Positions 45,838 through 56,263 of a stretch of DNA of 64,000 bases are shown in pieces. Numbering within the stretch: position 1 is the stretch's first letter; each line of letters starts with the position of its first letter. This stretch comes from Polyangiales bacterium. Its GTDB lineage: Bacteria > Myxococcota_A > Polyangia > Polyangiales > Polyangiaceae. The notes beneath the pieces were generated by a model. It had not been told where the DNA came from, ran no database searches, and worked only from the letters and a program-made list of their open reading frames with translations. The stretch covers positions 1-64,000 of the forward strand of contig JBBRNJ010000019.1 of assembly GCA_038230375.1 (NCBI GenBank), read 5' to 3'. A program made the position numbers and the translations under genes.

Positions 45838-46866
45838 CTACCAGCGGCCCTGGGCGTCCGACATGCCCTGGTAGGGATAGCCGAGCTCGATCGCGCTGGC
45901 GGCGTCGAGCGCCTTCCTGTGTCCGTCGTCGAGCTTCAGCGACGCGCCTGCGATGTTGTCGTCGAGCTGCGCCTCGGTCCGCGCGCCGAAGATGACGCTG
46001 GAGACGGTCTCCTTGCCCAGCAGCCACGCGAGGGCGACCTGCGATGGAGAGGACCCGGTCTCCTTTGACACCGCCTTCACGGCGTCGATGATCTTCCAGT
46101 TGCGCTCGTTGTCGAACGCCGCAAAGCGCTTCTTCCACTGGTCCATGCGTGTGCCCGGCGGTGGGCTCTGCCCGCGCTCGTACTTGCCGCTCAGGAAACC
46201 GCCAGCAAGCGGCGACCACGGGAGAATGCCGATCCCCTCATTGCGACAGAGCGGCACGTGCTCGCGCTCCAGATCGCGGACCACCAGGCTGTACTGCGCC
46301 TGCAGGCTCACGAAGCGCGCGCGGTGCGCGGCGCGGCTGATCCAGAGACTGTCTTGCAGACGGTACGCGGCGTAGTTCGACGCGCCCAGGTAGACGACCT
46401 TTCCGGCGGTCACGAGATCGTCCAGCGCGCGCAGGGTCTCCTCCTCTGGCGTGGTGATGTCCTGCATGTGGATCTGGTAGAGGTCGATGCGATCGGTGCG
46501 CAGACGGCGAAGGCTGTCCTCCACGCAGCGCATGATCCGGAATCGTGACGCGCCGCGATTGTTCGCACCTTCGCCCATCACGAAGCGGAACTTCGTGGCA
46601 AGGACGACCTTCTCGCGGCGGCCACCGCCCTTGTCGAACCACGCGCCGAGCACGCGCTCGGAGAGCCCGTCCTGTCCGTACACGTCGGCGGTGTCGATGA
46701 AGTTGATGCCCGCCTCCACGGCGCGGTCGAGCAGCGCGTGGCTCGTGCTCTCGTCGGAGCCGACCTTGTGCATGAACGACTTCTCGTCAGCCTCGCCAAA
46801 GGTCATGGCGCCAAAGCAGAGCGTGGAGACCTTCAAGCCGCTCGTTCCCAGGTTCCGGTATTCCAT
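45838..46866 (-). CDS. Aldo/keto reductase
   Basis: GINFIDTADVY, LATK, SLRRLRTDRIDLYQIH, PWSPLAGGFLSGKY. Confidence 0.95.
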   Translation of the reverse strand: MEYRNLGTSGLKVSTLCFGAMTFGEADEKSFMHKVGSDESTSHALLDRAVEAGINFIDTADVYGQDGLSERVLGAWFDKGGGRREKVVLATKFRFVMGEGANNRGASRFRIMRCVEDSLRRLRTDRIDLYQIHMQDITTPEEETLRALDDLVTAGKVVYLGASNYAAYRLQDSLWISRAAHRARFVSLQAQYSLVVRDLEREHVPLCRNEGIGILPWSPLAGGFLSGKYERGQSPPPGTRMDQWKKRFAAFDNERNWKIIDAVKAVSKETGSSPSQVALAWLLGKETVSSVIFGARTEAQLDDNIAGASLKLDDGHRKALDAASAIELGYPYQGMSDAQGRW

Positions 46867-46901
46867 GGCGCTGGACTCTACCAGTCGGCACACTGTCATG
46901 C

Positions 46902-47546
46902 GTGAAGTCAGAGCAAACAGCTCGGAGAGCGGCACGCGTCACGCTTGTGCTCGGCGCGCTTGCCTCGTGCAGCAAGGTGGCGCCACTGTCCACGGGACCC
47001 GTGGATTCCGGGGTGATCCCCATTGCCAGCGCTTCCGCCGCCCCTGCGCCAGTGCCGCCGCCTCCGGTCCCCGCAGTGAGGCCGCAGTGCAAAGGGAACG
47101 ATCTGGCGCTCGACACTGCGTTCAACGACTTCGCGTGCCTCGGCACCAACACCGGGGCACCGGAGCTGCGCGTGGTGCTCACGGCATCGCCAGCGGAGGT
47201 CGCGCCCGGCGGCAAGGTGGAGATCACAGCCACCTTCACCAACGACACGGATGCGCCGGTGGCTTGGGGCATGACGATCCTGCCGGGGTGGGATCTCTTC
47301 CCGCTTGCCACGAAGAACGTGTCCGCGACCTATCCGTGCGAGCGCGGCCCTTCGAGCAACACGCCCGCACCGATGGTGGTCGTGATCGACGCACATGGCA
47401 GCGGACACGTGAAGCGAACGTGGGTCGCGTCGCGCTCGGCCGGCGCATGCGGGTCCGGTGTTCCGCTGGAGCCGGGGATGTACGAGGTGGGCCTGAGCTC
47501 ATCCTTCGCCCAGGTAAGACCGGCGAGCGTACGTGTCGTGAAGTGA
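46902..47546 (+). CDS. Hypothetical lipoprotein (Ig-like C-terminal domain possible)
   Basis: Lipobox LASC; beta-rich C-terminus with LEPGMYEV. Confidence 0.6.
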   Translation: MKSEQTARRAARVTLVLGALASCSKVAPLSTGPVDSGVIPIASASAAPAPVPPPPVPAVRPQCKGNDLALDTAFNDFACLGTNTGAPELRVVLTASPAEVAPGGKVEITATFTNDTDAPVAWGMTILPGWDLFPLATKNVSATYPCERGPSSNTPAPMVVVIDAHGSGHVKRTWVASRSAGACGSGVPLEPGMYEVGLSSSFAQVRPASVRVVK

Positions 47547-47593
47547 CGCGCTACTTCGCGATCTTCGACGACACCAGCTTGCAGGTCTCGAGC

Positions 47594-50500
47594 TCAGCGC
47601 TTCAGCATCAGGATGTCGTGGTCGTCCTTGCCCTCGATCAGCGTGACGACGTTCTCCGTCACCTTCTCGTTCGGGCGACCCCAGTTCTCGATCACGTGCG
47701 CGAAGACCTTCGTGCGCGCCGTCGCGCGGTTCCGCTGGCTCGCATAGTAGTGCGCGCGAATGCTGTAGTTGCCGCCGGGGGCCTTCTTCAGCACGTACAT
47801 CTCGGGGCCGTAGCCTTGCGTGACATCCTGCGTGAGCTTGCCGCCGGTCTTCGTGTCGCGGTGCCCGTAGTAGCACTCCTCTCCCGAGGGCTCGGTGACG
47901 TGCAGATCCACGTCGGAGTTGTCCGTGTTCCAGGTGATCATCACGACCAGGTCGGCGCCCGCGAGATCGACCTCGCGGTTCATCGCCTCCAGGCGTCGGC
48001 GCGCCAGATCTGGCAGCTGCGTCTTGAGCTCGCCCTTGTCCACGCGGCGGAGCAGGTGCGCGTAGTCGATGGCGGCGATCTTGTGGAACTCGCCGAAGCG
48101 GCCGTCCCAGTGACCCGCGAGCGCGGCCTCGTAGTAGCCGATCGCAAGGTCAGCGTTGCCCATGTTCGCGGCGGCCTGCGCCATGGCGCGGTAGGTCTGC
48201 GGCTCCCACGGTCGCGCCGCACCTACGCGACGAAGCAGATGGTATGCGTGCGAGTCGAGCTTGTAGCTCATGGCGGAGAACGCGACGTCGCGCGCAAGCA
48301 CCGCGTCCGCCGGGCTCTGCTCGACGAGCGAAGAGAGCGCACGCAATGCATCGCCGGGTCCGCCCTTCTTCAGGCGCTCCTCCGCCTCGTGGCTCATGCG
48401 CTCGTACTCCAGGCTGCCCGGCTTGCTGAGCGCCTCGCGCAGATCGCCCGCGACCTGATCCTTCTGCGTGATCGTGAGCGCGAGCGGGCCCGACTTCACG
48501 CTGAACGTGTCCTTCGGGAGCTTCGCCAGCTCCTCGCGAACGTCGCCGGGGACCTTCACGTCCACGCCAGACCGCGCAGACAGCGTGTCCATCCAGCGCA
48601 GGAACGCGACCTTGGGATCGCCGAGCGTCTCGCCGATCTGTCGGGCTGCGTCCGCGAGCACCACGCTCGCGAGCGTGGTCTTCACGCGCGCGTCCTCTTC
48701 TTCGTCCTTGATGTTGAAGCGCGCGTAGTCCGCCTCGCTCTCCAGCATGAGGAGCGAGCACGTCTTGCCGGTCACGCGATAGTGCACCGCGTAGGCGCGC
48801 GCGGCCTGGTCCGTGGCGGGCGCGAAATCCTCCAGCGCGTTGGTCGTGATCTCGCCATAGGCGCGCGCAGCGAGCGAGCTCTGCATCGCGTTGCGCGTGG
48901 GGATCACCACCGTGCGCTTTTCGGCGCCCTGCTCCACCTCGAGCTCCACCGCGCCGTCGGGTGAGCCGCGTCCGGTCACCTGGAGCGACTGCCCGGGGAA
49001 GAGCGCGATGGGCCTGCCGGCGAGCACCACGTCCGTCGCGCCGGCTGCCTTCACGCTGCGGATCATCCACGCGCGCGCCTTGTGCGCGGTGCTTGCGGCA
49101 GGGACCTCCGCATCACCGGTGACGCTGAATACTGCGCCTCCCGTGGCGCGCGCAACGCCGCCGAGCATCTGCGTGTCCGTCCCCGCGATGCCGGTGTTGT
49201 ACGCGAACAGCGCGCCGCGATGCGTCGCCGCGATCGAGTGCGAGATGGCGTGCTCGTCCGACTCACCCCACGTGGGCGAGCCGTCGGAGAGCAGGAACGT
49301 GTCCCAGTGCATGGTCTTCTCTTCGGAGAGCCACCCAGGCTGCGCAGACTCGCGCAGCGCCGCGCCCAGATCGGTCGCGCCCTCGAGCAGTGCCTTGTCC
49401 ATGGTCGCGATCAGCGCGTCCGCGTTCTCCTTCGTGTTGTCGATGAACGCCGGCTTGTACCAGCGCGGCGCGACGTCGAAGAAGAGCACCGCGAACCGCT
49501 TCAACGTGCCGCGGTTGTTCTCGAGCGTGGCGCGAACGAGCTTCTCGTAGATGTTGAAGCGGTCGGGGTTGGACGACAGCGACGTGTCGACGACGAACAC
49601 CGCCGTGTCGGAGTCCGTGCCGCTCGCGCGCGCCGGCAACTCGGGCTTCGCGAGCGTGTAGAACGCCTTGCCCACGCCCGGGTCCTCACCGATCAGCGTG
49701 GCCGGCAGCGGGTTCTTCCAGCGCAGCGTGATCGGCGATTTCGGATCAGCGTGCTCGAGATGCGCGTAGCTGCGCGCACCGTCCTTCACGAGCTCCGGAC
49801 CCGCGCTCGGGGTCTGCGAAGTGGAGATGTCCACGACCACATTGGCATCCGTCTGCGGCAGGTCCAGCCGGTACTCGAGGTCATCGCCTGCGAGCGTGAG
49901 CGGCATGTCGTACGCGAGCACCACGCGGTGGATCGTGTGCGGAGCGAGCGGAAAAACCCGCGCATTGAACACGCCAGCGCCGGCCCACTCGAGCAGCGCC
50001 GGATCCGCCTGCCTGCGCGTGGTCTCCGTGTAGGCCAGCGCGGCCTTCTCCTTCGGCACCATGCGCGCTTCCTTCACCGACACGAAGCTTCCGCGACGTG
50101 CTTCGCGGATCGCGAGCGGCTCGCTCGTCATCTTCCGCTCCTCGGCGGCGGTGAAGTACTTCACTTGCCGCGGGCCGGAGCTGGGGGCTACCGCTTGCGG
50201 CTGACCCCATGAGGTCGTTCCGAAGGCAAAATAGTAGGGGGTCGCTTCGTTGGGCAGGCGCAGCTTGAAGGTGCCCTCGTACTGCCGGTCGCGATCATTC
50301 TCGAAGTAGCCGTCGATGACGACGCGCGCGCGCGGCCCGTCCACGTCTACCCGGATCTGCATGCCGCGCAGCGGGATCTTCTCCTTGTCGCCCACGGAGA
50401 TCTCGGTCGCGTGGACGGCGGAGCCCGCGCGCTTCCACGTCTTGACCTCCTCGTCCCTCCCGTCCCCACCACCCTCCTTCTTCTTTGCGTCGCTGTCGTT

Positions 50501-50689
50501 CTTCGCGGCCGCCGCCATCGGAGGCGGGGTAGGAGAGCCGGGCGCCATCTCCTTCGCCTGATCCATCGCCGTAGGCGCAGATGCGGTATTCAGCTCCGCC
50601 TTGCGGCTGCAGCCAAGGAGGAGGGCAAGGGCGAACACGGCTACGGTGCGGGAGGTTCGGACCTGGCCCCGGACTTGGATGTGGTGCAT
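47594..50689 (-). CDS. Large lipoprotein, VIT-like + vWA + TPR + DUF2135/YfaP-like domains
   Basis: Lipobox LLGC; VVDTSLS MIDAS-like, GATDLG, LLSDG; WNTDNSDVDLHVTEP, DVTQGYGPE. Confidence 0.82.
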   Translation of the reverse strand: MHHIQVRGQVRTSRTVAVFALALLLGCSRKAELNTASAPTAMDQAKEMAPGSPTPPPMAAAAKNDSDAKKKEGGGDGRDEEVKTWKRAGSAVHATEISVGDKEKIPLRGMQIRVDVDGPRARVVIDGYFENDRDRQYEGTFKLRLPNEATPYYFAFGTTSWGQPQAVAPSSGPRQVKYFTAAEERKMTSEPLAIREARRGSFVSVKEARMVPKEKAALAYTETTRRQADPALLEWAGAGVFNARVFPLAPHTIHRVVLAYDMPLTLAGDDLEYRLDLPQTDANVVVDISTSQTPSAGPELVKDGARSYAHLEHADPKSPITLRWKNPLPATLIGEDPGVGKAFYTLAKPELPARASGTDSDTAVFVVDTSLSSNPDRFNIYEKLVRATLENNRGTLKRFAVLFFDVAPRWYKPAFIDNTKENADALIATMDKALLEGATDLGAALRESAQPGWLSEEKTMHWDTFLLSDGSPTWGESDEHAISHSIAATHRGALFAYNTGIAGTDTQMLGGVARATGGAVFSVTGDAEVPAASTAHKARAWMIRSVKAAGATDVVLAGRPIALFPGQSLQVTGRGSPDGAVELEVEQGAEKRTVVIPTRNAMQSSLAARAYGEITTNALEDFAPATDQAARAYAVHYRVTGKTCSLLMLESEADYARFNIKDEEEDARVKTTLASVVLADAARQIGETLGDPKVAFLRWMDTLSARSGVDVKVPGDVREELAKLPKDTFSVKSGPLALTITQKDQVAGDLREALSKPGSLEYERMSHEAEERLKKGGPGDALRALSSLVEQSPADAVLARDVAFSAMSYKLDSHAYHLLRRVGAARPWEPQTYRAMAQAAANMGNADLAIGYYEAALAGHWDGRFGEFHKIAAIDYAHLLRRVDKGELKTQLPDLARRRLEAMNREVDLAGADLVVMITWNTDNSDVDLHVTEPSGEECYYGHRDTKTGGKLTQDVTQGYGPEMYVLKKAPGGNYSIRAHYYASQRNRATARTKVFAHVIENWGRPNEKVTENVVTLIEGKDDHDILMLKR

Positions 50690-50800
50690 GGCAATCCTCA
50701 GACGTGGGCGAAGGCACAAAGTTTTGACGCGTTGTGCGGGTGGTGCGCCCGTGCGAGGATAGAGCAAAGGGGATGAGGTGGAACGGTCGGAGTTTCTCCA

Positions 50801-51583
50801 ATGACGTGCACGACCTGCAAGGCCGTCCTGACCGGCACGGCCAAGTTCTGCGCCAGCTGCGGCGCGCCCAGGCCTCCACCGTCTGACGCGAAGCCCGAGG
50901 CGACCCCGGACAGCAAACCTCGGTCGCTCGTGGACCCGCTCGCGATGACGGCGCCCGATGCGTTCGCCGAGACCGCCAACGCAAGCACGCGCGCGGAGCT
51001 GGATCGCGCGCTCGCGGCGTACGATGCCAAGCAACGCGGCGCCACTGCGCGTGGAGTACCGCCACCAGTCGCAACACAGGAGATGAAGGGCGTTCCCTCT
51101 GCGAACCTGCCCGCCGCATCACCACCTGTGTCCCCCAAGGCGGCGAGCCACGTCGTCCCCGTGCAGCAGCCAAGGACCGCTGCAATGCCTGCGTCCGCAC
51201 ACAAGCTCGCGGCTGCGTCTCCCGTTTCCCCCGCCGTGCAGAACGCGCAAGGTAGCTCTCCGCAGGCGCGCATTCCGCTCGCGGCAGGCTCCAGCGGCGG
51301 TATTGCCGCCATCAGCGATCCCATGCGTGCTTCAGGCCCGCCTGCCATCGGCTCGTCGCCAGGGATGGCTGGCGCAGTACCGCGTCTCTCGCCGGTGCCG
51401 TTTCCCCAGCCGATTCGCGGCTCGGCGCCAGCGCTCGCGCCCGGCCTTTCCGTGGGCGTGACGTGGGCGAACGGACAGCGATACCGCGGTATCATCGTGC
51501 AGCTCCTCGGCTCGCGCGTGCTCGTGGTTTTCCCCGACGGGCAACAGCACTGGATCGAGATGAGCTACATCAGTCCCGCATGA
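50801..51583 (+). CDS. Zinc-ribbon protein with Pro/Ala linker and C-terminal Tudor/SH3-like module
   Basis: CTTC...KFCASCG; VTWANGQRYRG...VVFPDGQQHWI. Confidence 0.7.
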   Translation: MTCTTCKAVLTGTAKFCASCGAPRPPPSDAKPEATPDSKPRSLVDPLAMTAPDAFAETANASTRAELDRALAAYDAKQRGATARGVPPPVATQEMKGVPSANLPAASPPVSPKAASHVVPVQQPRTAAMPASAHKLAAASPVSPAVQNAQGSSPQARIPLAAGSSGGIAAISDPMRASGPPAIGSSPGMAGAVPRLSPVPFPQPIRGSAPALAPGLSVGVTWANGQRYRGIIVQLLGSRVLVVFPDGQQHWIEMSYISPA

Positions 51584-52026
51584 TCGACAGCGCAGTCCTC
51601 GTTCAGTTGATGGAGGAGATGATCCCCTTCAACCGCTTCCTGGGGCTCAAGGTCCTGCATGTGGAGCGCGGCCTTGTCCGCATCCAGATCCCTTTCCGTG
51701 ACGAGCTCGTCGGCGACTTCATGCGCCCGGCGCTCCATGGTGGCGTCCTCTCCACCATCATCGACGTCGCGGGTGGCTTTGCCGTGTGGACGCACCTGGA
51801 CAGCGAGCGCGGGCGCGTGTCCACGATCGATCTGCGCGTCGACTACCTGCGCCCCGGCAGGCTCACGACCATCACCGCCGAGGCACGTGTCGTGCGGGCC
51901 GGCAAGCGCGTGGGCGTGGTGGACGTGCGCGTCTTCCACCCCGATGCAGAGGACGTCACCATCGCCACCGGCAAGGCGGTCTACAACATCATGCTCGTGA
52001 AGACGGAGATCACTCCACGAGCTTGA
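51580..52026 (+). CDS. PaaI/hotdog-fold thioesterase
   Basis: LHGGVLSTIIDVAGG, STIDLRVDYLRPG. Confidence 0.92.
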   Translation: MIDSAVLVQLMEEMIPFNRFLGLKVLHVERGLVRIQIPFRDELVGDFMRPALHGGVLSTIIDVAGGFAVWTHLDSERGRVSTIDLRVDYLRPGRLTTITAEARVVRAGKRVGVVDVRVFHPDAEDVTIATGKAVYNIMLVKTEITPRA

Positions 52027-52339
52027 GCAGCGCTGCGATCTGCGCGGGCGTCAGCTTCAGCCGGCGCTCTCGCAGTCGATACAGGAGCGCGTCGCGATCT
52101 GGCTCTGCGGCGGGCGGTGTCGTGGTGACCCCTGGCGGCTTGGTGGTGATCAGCGGCGCGGCGGAGAGCGGCGGCATGATGATCGCCATCGCCTCGTTCG
52201 CGCCGGGCAGGGATGGCGCGCGCACCGTGGTTGCAGGATCGACCGGTGCGGGTGGGAGGGTGTTGAACAGCGACGCAGGCGCGCTCGATGGAGTCATTGC
52301 CGCGCCACTGTCCGGCCCCGGCTTCGAAGAGTCGCTCAC
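52010..52339 (-). CDS. Hypothetical protein
   Basis: 109-aa Pro-rich ORF with helical C-terminus filling the gap. Confidence 0.45.
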   Translation of the reverse strand: MSDSSKPGPDSGAAMTPSSAPASLFNTLPPAPVDPATTVRAPSLPGANEAMAIIMPPLSAAPLITTKPPGVTTTPPAAEPDRDALLYRLRERRLKLTPAQIAALLKLVE

Positions 52340-52409
52340 ACCAGGAACTGTAGGAGGGTACGCGCGCCGCAGGCAAGAAACCGGTCAGCCGGCGCGGAGC
52401 TTGGACGCT

Positions 52410-54455
52410 TCAGAACGGGCGCTCGTGAAGAGGCATGTCCTCGTCGGGGCGACGACGCAGCCGATCCAGCGCGCGGATGACGAGGCCCTTCAGCGCGACG
52501 CGGTGCAGGAGCACGAGCCACCCGCACAGACCGAGCCACGCGAGCTGGATGATGGAGAGCGTCGCCGTGGTGACGTAGACGAGGCGCGGGCGGAACGGGC
52601 GCTCCGCGCTCACGAGCTGACGGGACGTGCCCACGAAGGTCTCGCTCGCAGGCATGGAGAGCTGGACGGGCACGATGACCGGCTTGCCGTCCGGACCCTC
52701 TTGAGGAGCGGCGTACGAGGGCTCCTGCGTGGGCGTGTTTCCAGCCACGAAGATCTCGCGCGCGTACTCCGCCGTCGCGGTGCCGATCGCCACCTTGCCC
52801 CCGATGAGCGCCACCACCACGCAAGTGCCGGCTGCGATCCACAGCCGCGTGCCGCGCAGGAAGCGTGATGCCACGAACACTCCGCCGATGCAGAAGAGCG
52901 TCGCCGCTGCGACCACGAAGAGCGAATGCGACATGAGCCAGAGGCCCGAGAGCACCGCCGCGCCCAGGATGCGCGTGCGCCGCGTGCGGAAGCCCAGTCC
53001 GGCGGCCGCGCCGCCAAGCAGCATCGCGACCAGATCCGCCAACGAGAACGCCGTGAGCACGCGGTCGCCGCCGAAGAGCGCGAGCGGCAGCACGTTGTCC
53101 GGTAGGCCCATCGTGATGCTGGCGCGCGATGTGGCGAGCGCGTGCGACGGAAGCGCGGGCGACAGCATGCCGCCGAAGGTCCGGATCTTGTCGGAGCCAA
53201 GCGTCTGCACGCGGAAGCGGTGCGCGCCGGTGGGGAGCTGCACCAGGAAGTCCTGCCCGTGTCCGGATGCACGCAACACGCGGGACGGCATTCCATCCAC
53301 GGAGACGAACATCGGCCGACCGGCCGGCGTGACGAAGAGCCGCTCGAGGCCGTTGTTGTCGTACGTGTACGTGCCGTCGTGGATCACCTCGCCCAGCGGC
53401 GTGAACGCGAAGTAGTGCCGTTCCTCACGCACCACGGCAGACAGCTGCTCGCCCTGCACGAGTGACTGGATGTCCACGTCCAGGTGCTGCCCGCGCTGGA
53501 GCAGGAAGAGGCGCGCGGAGGGCAGCGTCGCCGGGATGGGCGACTGCTCCACGCCGACCTGCTTGATGTCACCGTCGAAGGACAAAAGCGTGTCGGGCTC
53601 GGCCTCCACGAGCCACCATTCGTACGCGGAGCGCTCGTCGGTTCGGAGCTGACCGAACTTGTTGATGACGCCCGTGATCGTCACGTCGGCGTCGTGTCCG
53701 GCCAGCGGCAGACGAAGCTCGGTTGCATCCTGTGTCCACCCTTCGGAGCCGGACACCTCGCGCACGTGCTCGCCGTAGCGGAGCGGGATGGTGACGGTGC
53801 CGAGCTCCTCGCCGCCAGAGAGCGTGAGGCGGTAGTTGAACGTCTTTTCCTTGCCGATGCGCAGCCCGCGCGAGAGGCGGAAGGAGCTCTTCGTCTTGGT
53901 CTTTGCGAGGGACTCGGGCGTCATCGGATCGAAGTGGAGCATCACGTTCTCCACGCCGGACATGCTCGAGCCCTCGGTCACGCGACCGCGCGTGAGCTTC
54001 ACGTCGAGGGAGTTGATCGGTCCCACGACCTTGAGCCCTTCGTCCTCCTGGACGGTCAGGGTCCCGCGCAGCACGAACGAGCGCGCACGCGTGCGAATGA
54101 AGAAGCTCTCGCCCTCGAAGCCCATCGTCGTGGCGCCGCCGTTCAATGTCACGTCATCCAGGCGGACCTGCTGCGGCATGCCGAACAGCGGGATCTGCAC
54201 CTCCTCGTCGACCAGCACGCCGCCGTGCATCTCGAAATGCAGTGGCTCGCCCACAGCGCCGGTCAGCGTGAGGGACGAAATGAGGAAGCAGTGGATGGAA
54301 CACGGCTCGGGCTTCGTTATTTGCTGGCGCGCCGTCAGATACTCGCGGAGCAGTACATCGAGGTCCGCATTCTGCGCTTGCGCGGGCCGCGCAGAGGAGA
54401 ACGTGCACATGAGCGCGCACACGAGGAGCGCGCAGAAGGTGGCGAAGCGTCGCAT
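52410..54455 (-). CDS. Hypothetical secreted/membrane protein (beta-rich ectodomain, multi-TM C-terminus)
   Basis: Signal peptide AQA-Q, long ORF with typical codon bias. Confidence 0.75.
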   Translation of the reverse strand: MRRFATFCALLVCALMCTFSSARPAQAQNADLDVLLREYLTARQQITKPEPCSIHCFLISSLTLTGAVGEPLHFEMHGGVLVDEEVQIPLFGMPQQVRLDDVTLNGGATTMGFEGESFFIRTRARSFVLRGTLTVQEDEGLKVVGPINSLDVKLTRGRVTEGSSMSGVENVMLHFDPMTPESLAKTKTKSSFRLSRGLRIGKEKTFNYRLTLSGGEELGTVTIPLRYGEHVREVSGSEGWTQDATELRLPLAGHDADVTITGVINKFGQLRTDERSAYEWWLVEAEPDTLLSFDGDIKQVGVEQSPIPATLPSARLFLLQRGQHLDVDIQSLVQGEQLSAVVREERHYFAFTPLGEVIHDGTYTYDNNGLERLFVTPAGRPMFVSVDGMPSRVLRASGHGQDFLVQLPTGAHRFRVQTLGSDKIRTFGGMLSPALPSHALATSRASITMGLPDNVLPLALFGGDRVLTAFSLADLVAMLLGGAAAGLGFRTRRTRILGAAVLSGLWLMSHSLFVVAAATLFCIGGVFVASRFLRGTRLWIAAGTCVVVALIGGKVAIGTATAEYAREIFVAGNTPTQEPSYAAPQEGPDGKPVIVPVQLSMPASETFVGTSRQLVSAERPFRPRLVYVTTATLSIIQLAWLGLCGWLVLLHRVALKGLVIRALDRLRRRPDEDMPLHERPF

Positions 54456-54612
54456 GGAGCTCTCCCTTTTCAAGTTCACGCGCACCGGAATTGTTCACGG
54501 CGACACGATCACCCGACCGTCGAGGCAAGACGCCTCTCTGCAGCGAAAGCTACGCGCCGCAAATGTTCCGAAAAACCTTCGGGTGGGCGGCTCCGCAGCG
54601 GCCCCGTTTGGT

Positions 54613-55719
54613 TCAACGAGGGCCGCGGAAGAGCGGACGCGTCGTGCCATTTGGCAGGATGGCTTCTGCCACTTCGTCCGTGCCGTCGTGCCTCACGCGG
54701 AGGAGCTCGCCCTTGCTGTCGCCAGAGCCCAGACCTGCGTCGACCCTGAAGAGCTTTCCGTAGAACGCGGGCGGCGCGTAGGCCATGCCCTTCACGCCGA
54801 AGGCATTCGGATCGTGCCCGAACACGATGTGCGTTGCGCCGAGGGCCTTCAGGTTCTGATCGACCACGCTCAGCGACGTGTACCAGTCGCGTGCCTCGAG
54901 AACGGAGTCGGCGCCGATGAACGCGTTCGAGGTGTAGCCAGAGCTGGAGGCGAGCGCTCCGGTCACGTCCGCATCGACCTGCGCAAGCGTCTTCCCGGCG
55001 CTATCGCCCGCGTGCGAGAAGAACCAGCCGTCGACCTTGGCCGCGACCGGCAACGTGCGCAGCCATGCACCGCGCGGGTCCGCGCCGCTCGCGAAGAGGA
55101 TCGGTGAGATGGCGGGCTTCAGCCTGGCGAGCTCTTGGTCGATCGTGTCCTGGCCGGTGAACTTCGAGCTCATCGGTGTGCCAAGGAACTCCGCCTCGTG
55201 GTTGCCCAGGAGCACGACCACATGACCGCCGGCGTTCTTCGCCGCGGCCTCCAGCGCCATCGCAAAAGCCAGCACCTCGAGGCTCGCGGGGCCCTTGTCG
55301 ATCATGTCGCCCGCGATGACGAGCGTGGCGTTGCCGCCGGTCCACACCACATTCGACGGCGGTGTGGCTGTGGCGATGAGGCTGCCTTTCTGGAGCAGCG
55401 TCGTGAGCTCGGCCAGATGACCGTGCACGTCACTCAGCGCGTAGAGCGTGGTGTACGTCGATGCGGTGTACACGTGCGCGAATGACTGCGCTCCGGAACC
55501 CCCGGAACCAGCTCCGTCGCCGCTGACGCCAATGCCATCACCCGGCGCTTGCACACCCGCTGCACCGCGCGCTCGGCCGTTTCCAGCTTCATCGGCGGCG
55601 GCAGGGGAGGGGGGAGGGGAGGTGTCAGGCGAGGGGCCGTCACTGTTCGCCGCGCCAGCACAGGCCGCGAGCGCGCATAGCGCACCGACCGAGACCAGGC
55701 GGAGGACGGGCAAGGACAT
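54613..55719 (-). CDS. Metallophosphoesterase lipoprotein (Shewanella-like PPP phosphatase)
   Basis: SDVHG, GDMIDKG, LGNHE, SHAG, FGHD, RVDAG; lipobox LAAC. Confidence 0.88.
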   Translation of the reverse strand: MSLPVLRLVSVGALCALAACAGAANSDGPSPDTSPPPSPAAADEAGNGRARGAAGVQAPGDGIGVSGDGAGSGGSGAQSFAHVYTASTYTTLYALSDVHGHLAELTTLLQKGSLIATATPPSNVVWTGGNATLVIAGDMIDKGPASLEVLAFAMALEAAAKNAGGHVVVLLGNHEAEFLGTPMSSKFTGQDTIDQELARLKPAISPILFASGADPRGAWLRTLPVAAKVDGWFFSHAGDSAGKTLAQVDADVTGALASSSGYTSNAFIGADSVLEARDWYTSLSVVDQNLKALGATHIVFGHDPNAFGVKGMAYAPPAFYGKLFRVDAGLGSGDSKGELLRVRHDGTDEVAEAILPNGTTRPLFRGPR

Positions 55720-55777
55720 GAACCGCCGACTGTGGCGGGTGCATGCCGGCCGCGCAACGACGCCCGTTCCTTGAGAC

Positions 55778-56257
55778 TCAACGGTAAGGCGTGAGCGTGG
55801 AAGATTCCACGAGCTTCCGGAAGGCCTCGACACTCCTCTGGTAGATCGCCTGGGCCGGAGGCGGTCGATTGTCGGAGCCGAGGAGCCCGACCGGCTGTGC
55901 GAAGAGGCTCGCGAGCATTCCCTCGTGCGCGATCTCCGTCAGGATGCGCAGCTCGGTGCCACCGGAGCTCTCCTCCAGCACGGCGCGATCCAGGATCAGC
56001 ATCCCCGGGAGACGGGTCTCGATAGCGAGCAGCTTCGGTGCGCGGAACGCCGTGATCTCGATCGTCGCGTCGGTGCGTTTTCCTTTCACGCGCCGCGCCA
56101 CGTCGATGCAGGTGCCCACGCCCAGCTCCTCCTTGCCGATGATCTCCGCGTCGAACACGTCCTCCGCCCAGCTGGGGACCTTGGACACGTCCGTGAGGTA
56201 ACCCCAGACGATCTCCGGCTTGCGCGGGATCGTGACCATGGCCTCCATGTACAGCAC
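55778..56257 (-). CDS. SRPBCC/polyketide cyclase-like protein
   Basis: VTIPRKPEIVWGYLTDVSKVPSW, GVGT, GGTEL. Confidence 0.78.
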   Translation of the reverse strand: MLYMEAMVTIPRKPEIVWGYLTDVSKVPSWAEDVFDAEIIGKEELGVGTCIDVARRVKGKRTDATIEITAFRAPKLLAIETRLPGMLILDRAVLEESSGGTELRILTEIAHEGMLASLFAQPVGLLGSDNRPPPAQAIYQRSVEAFRKLVESSTLTPYR

Positions 56258-56263
56258 GCGCGC

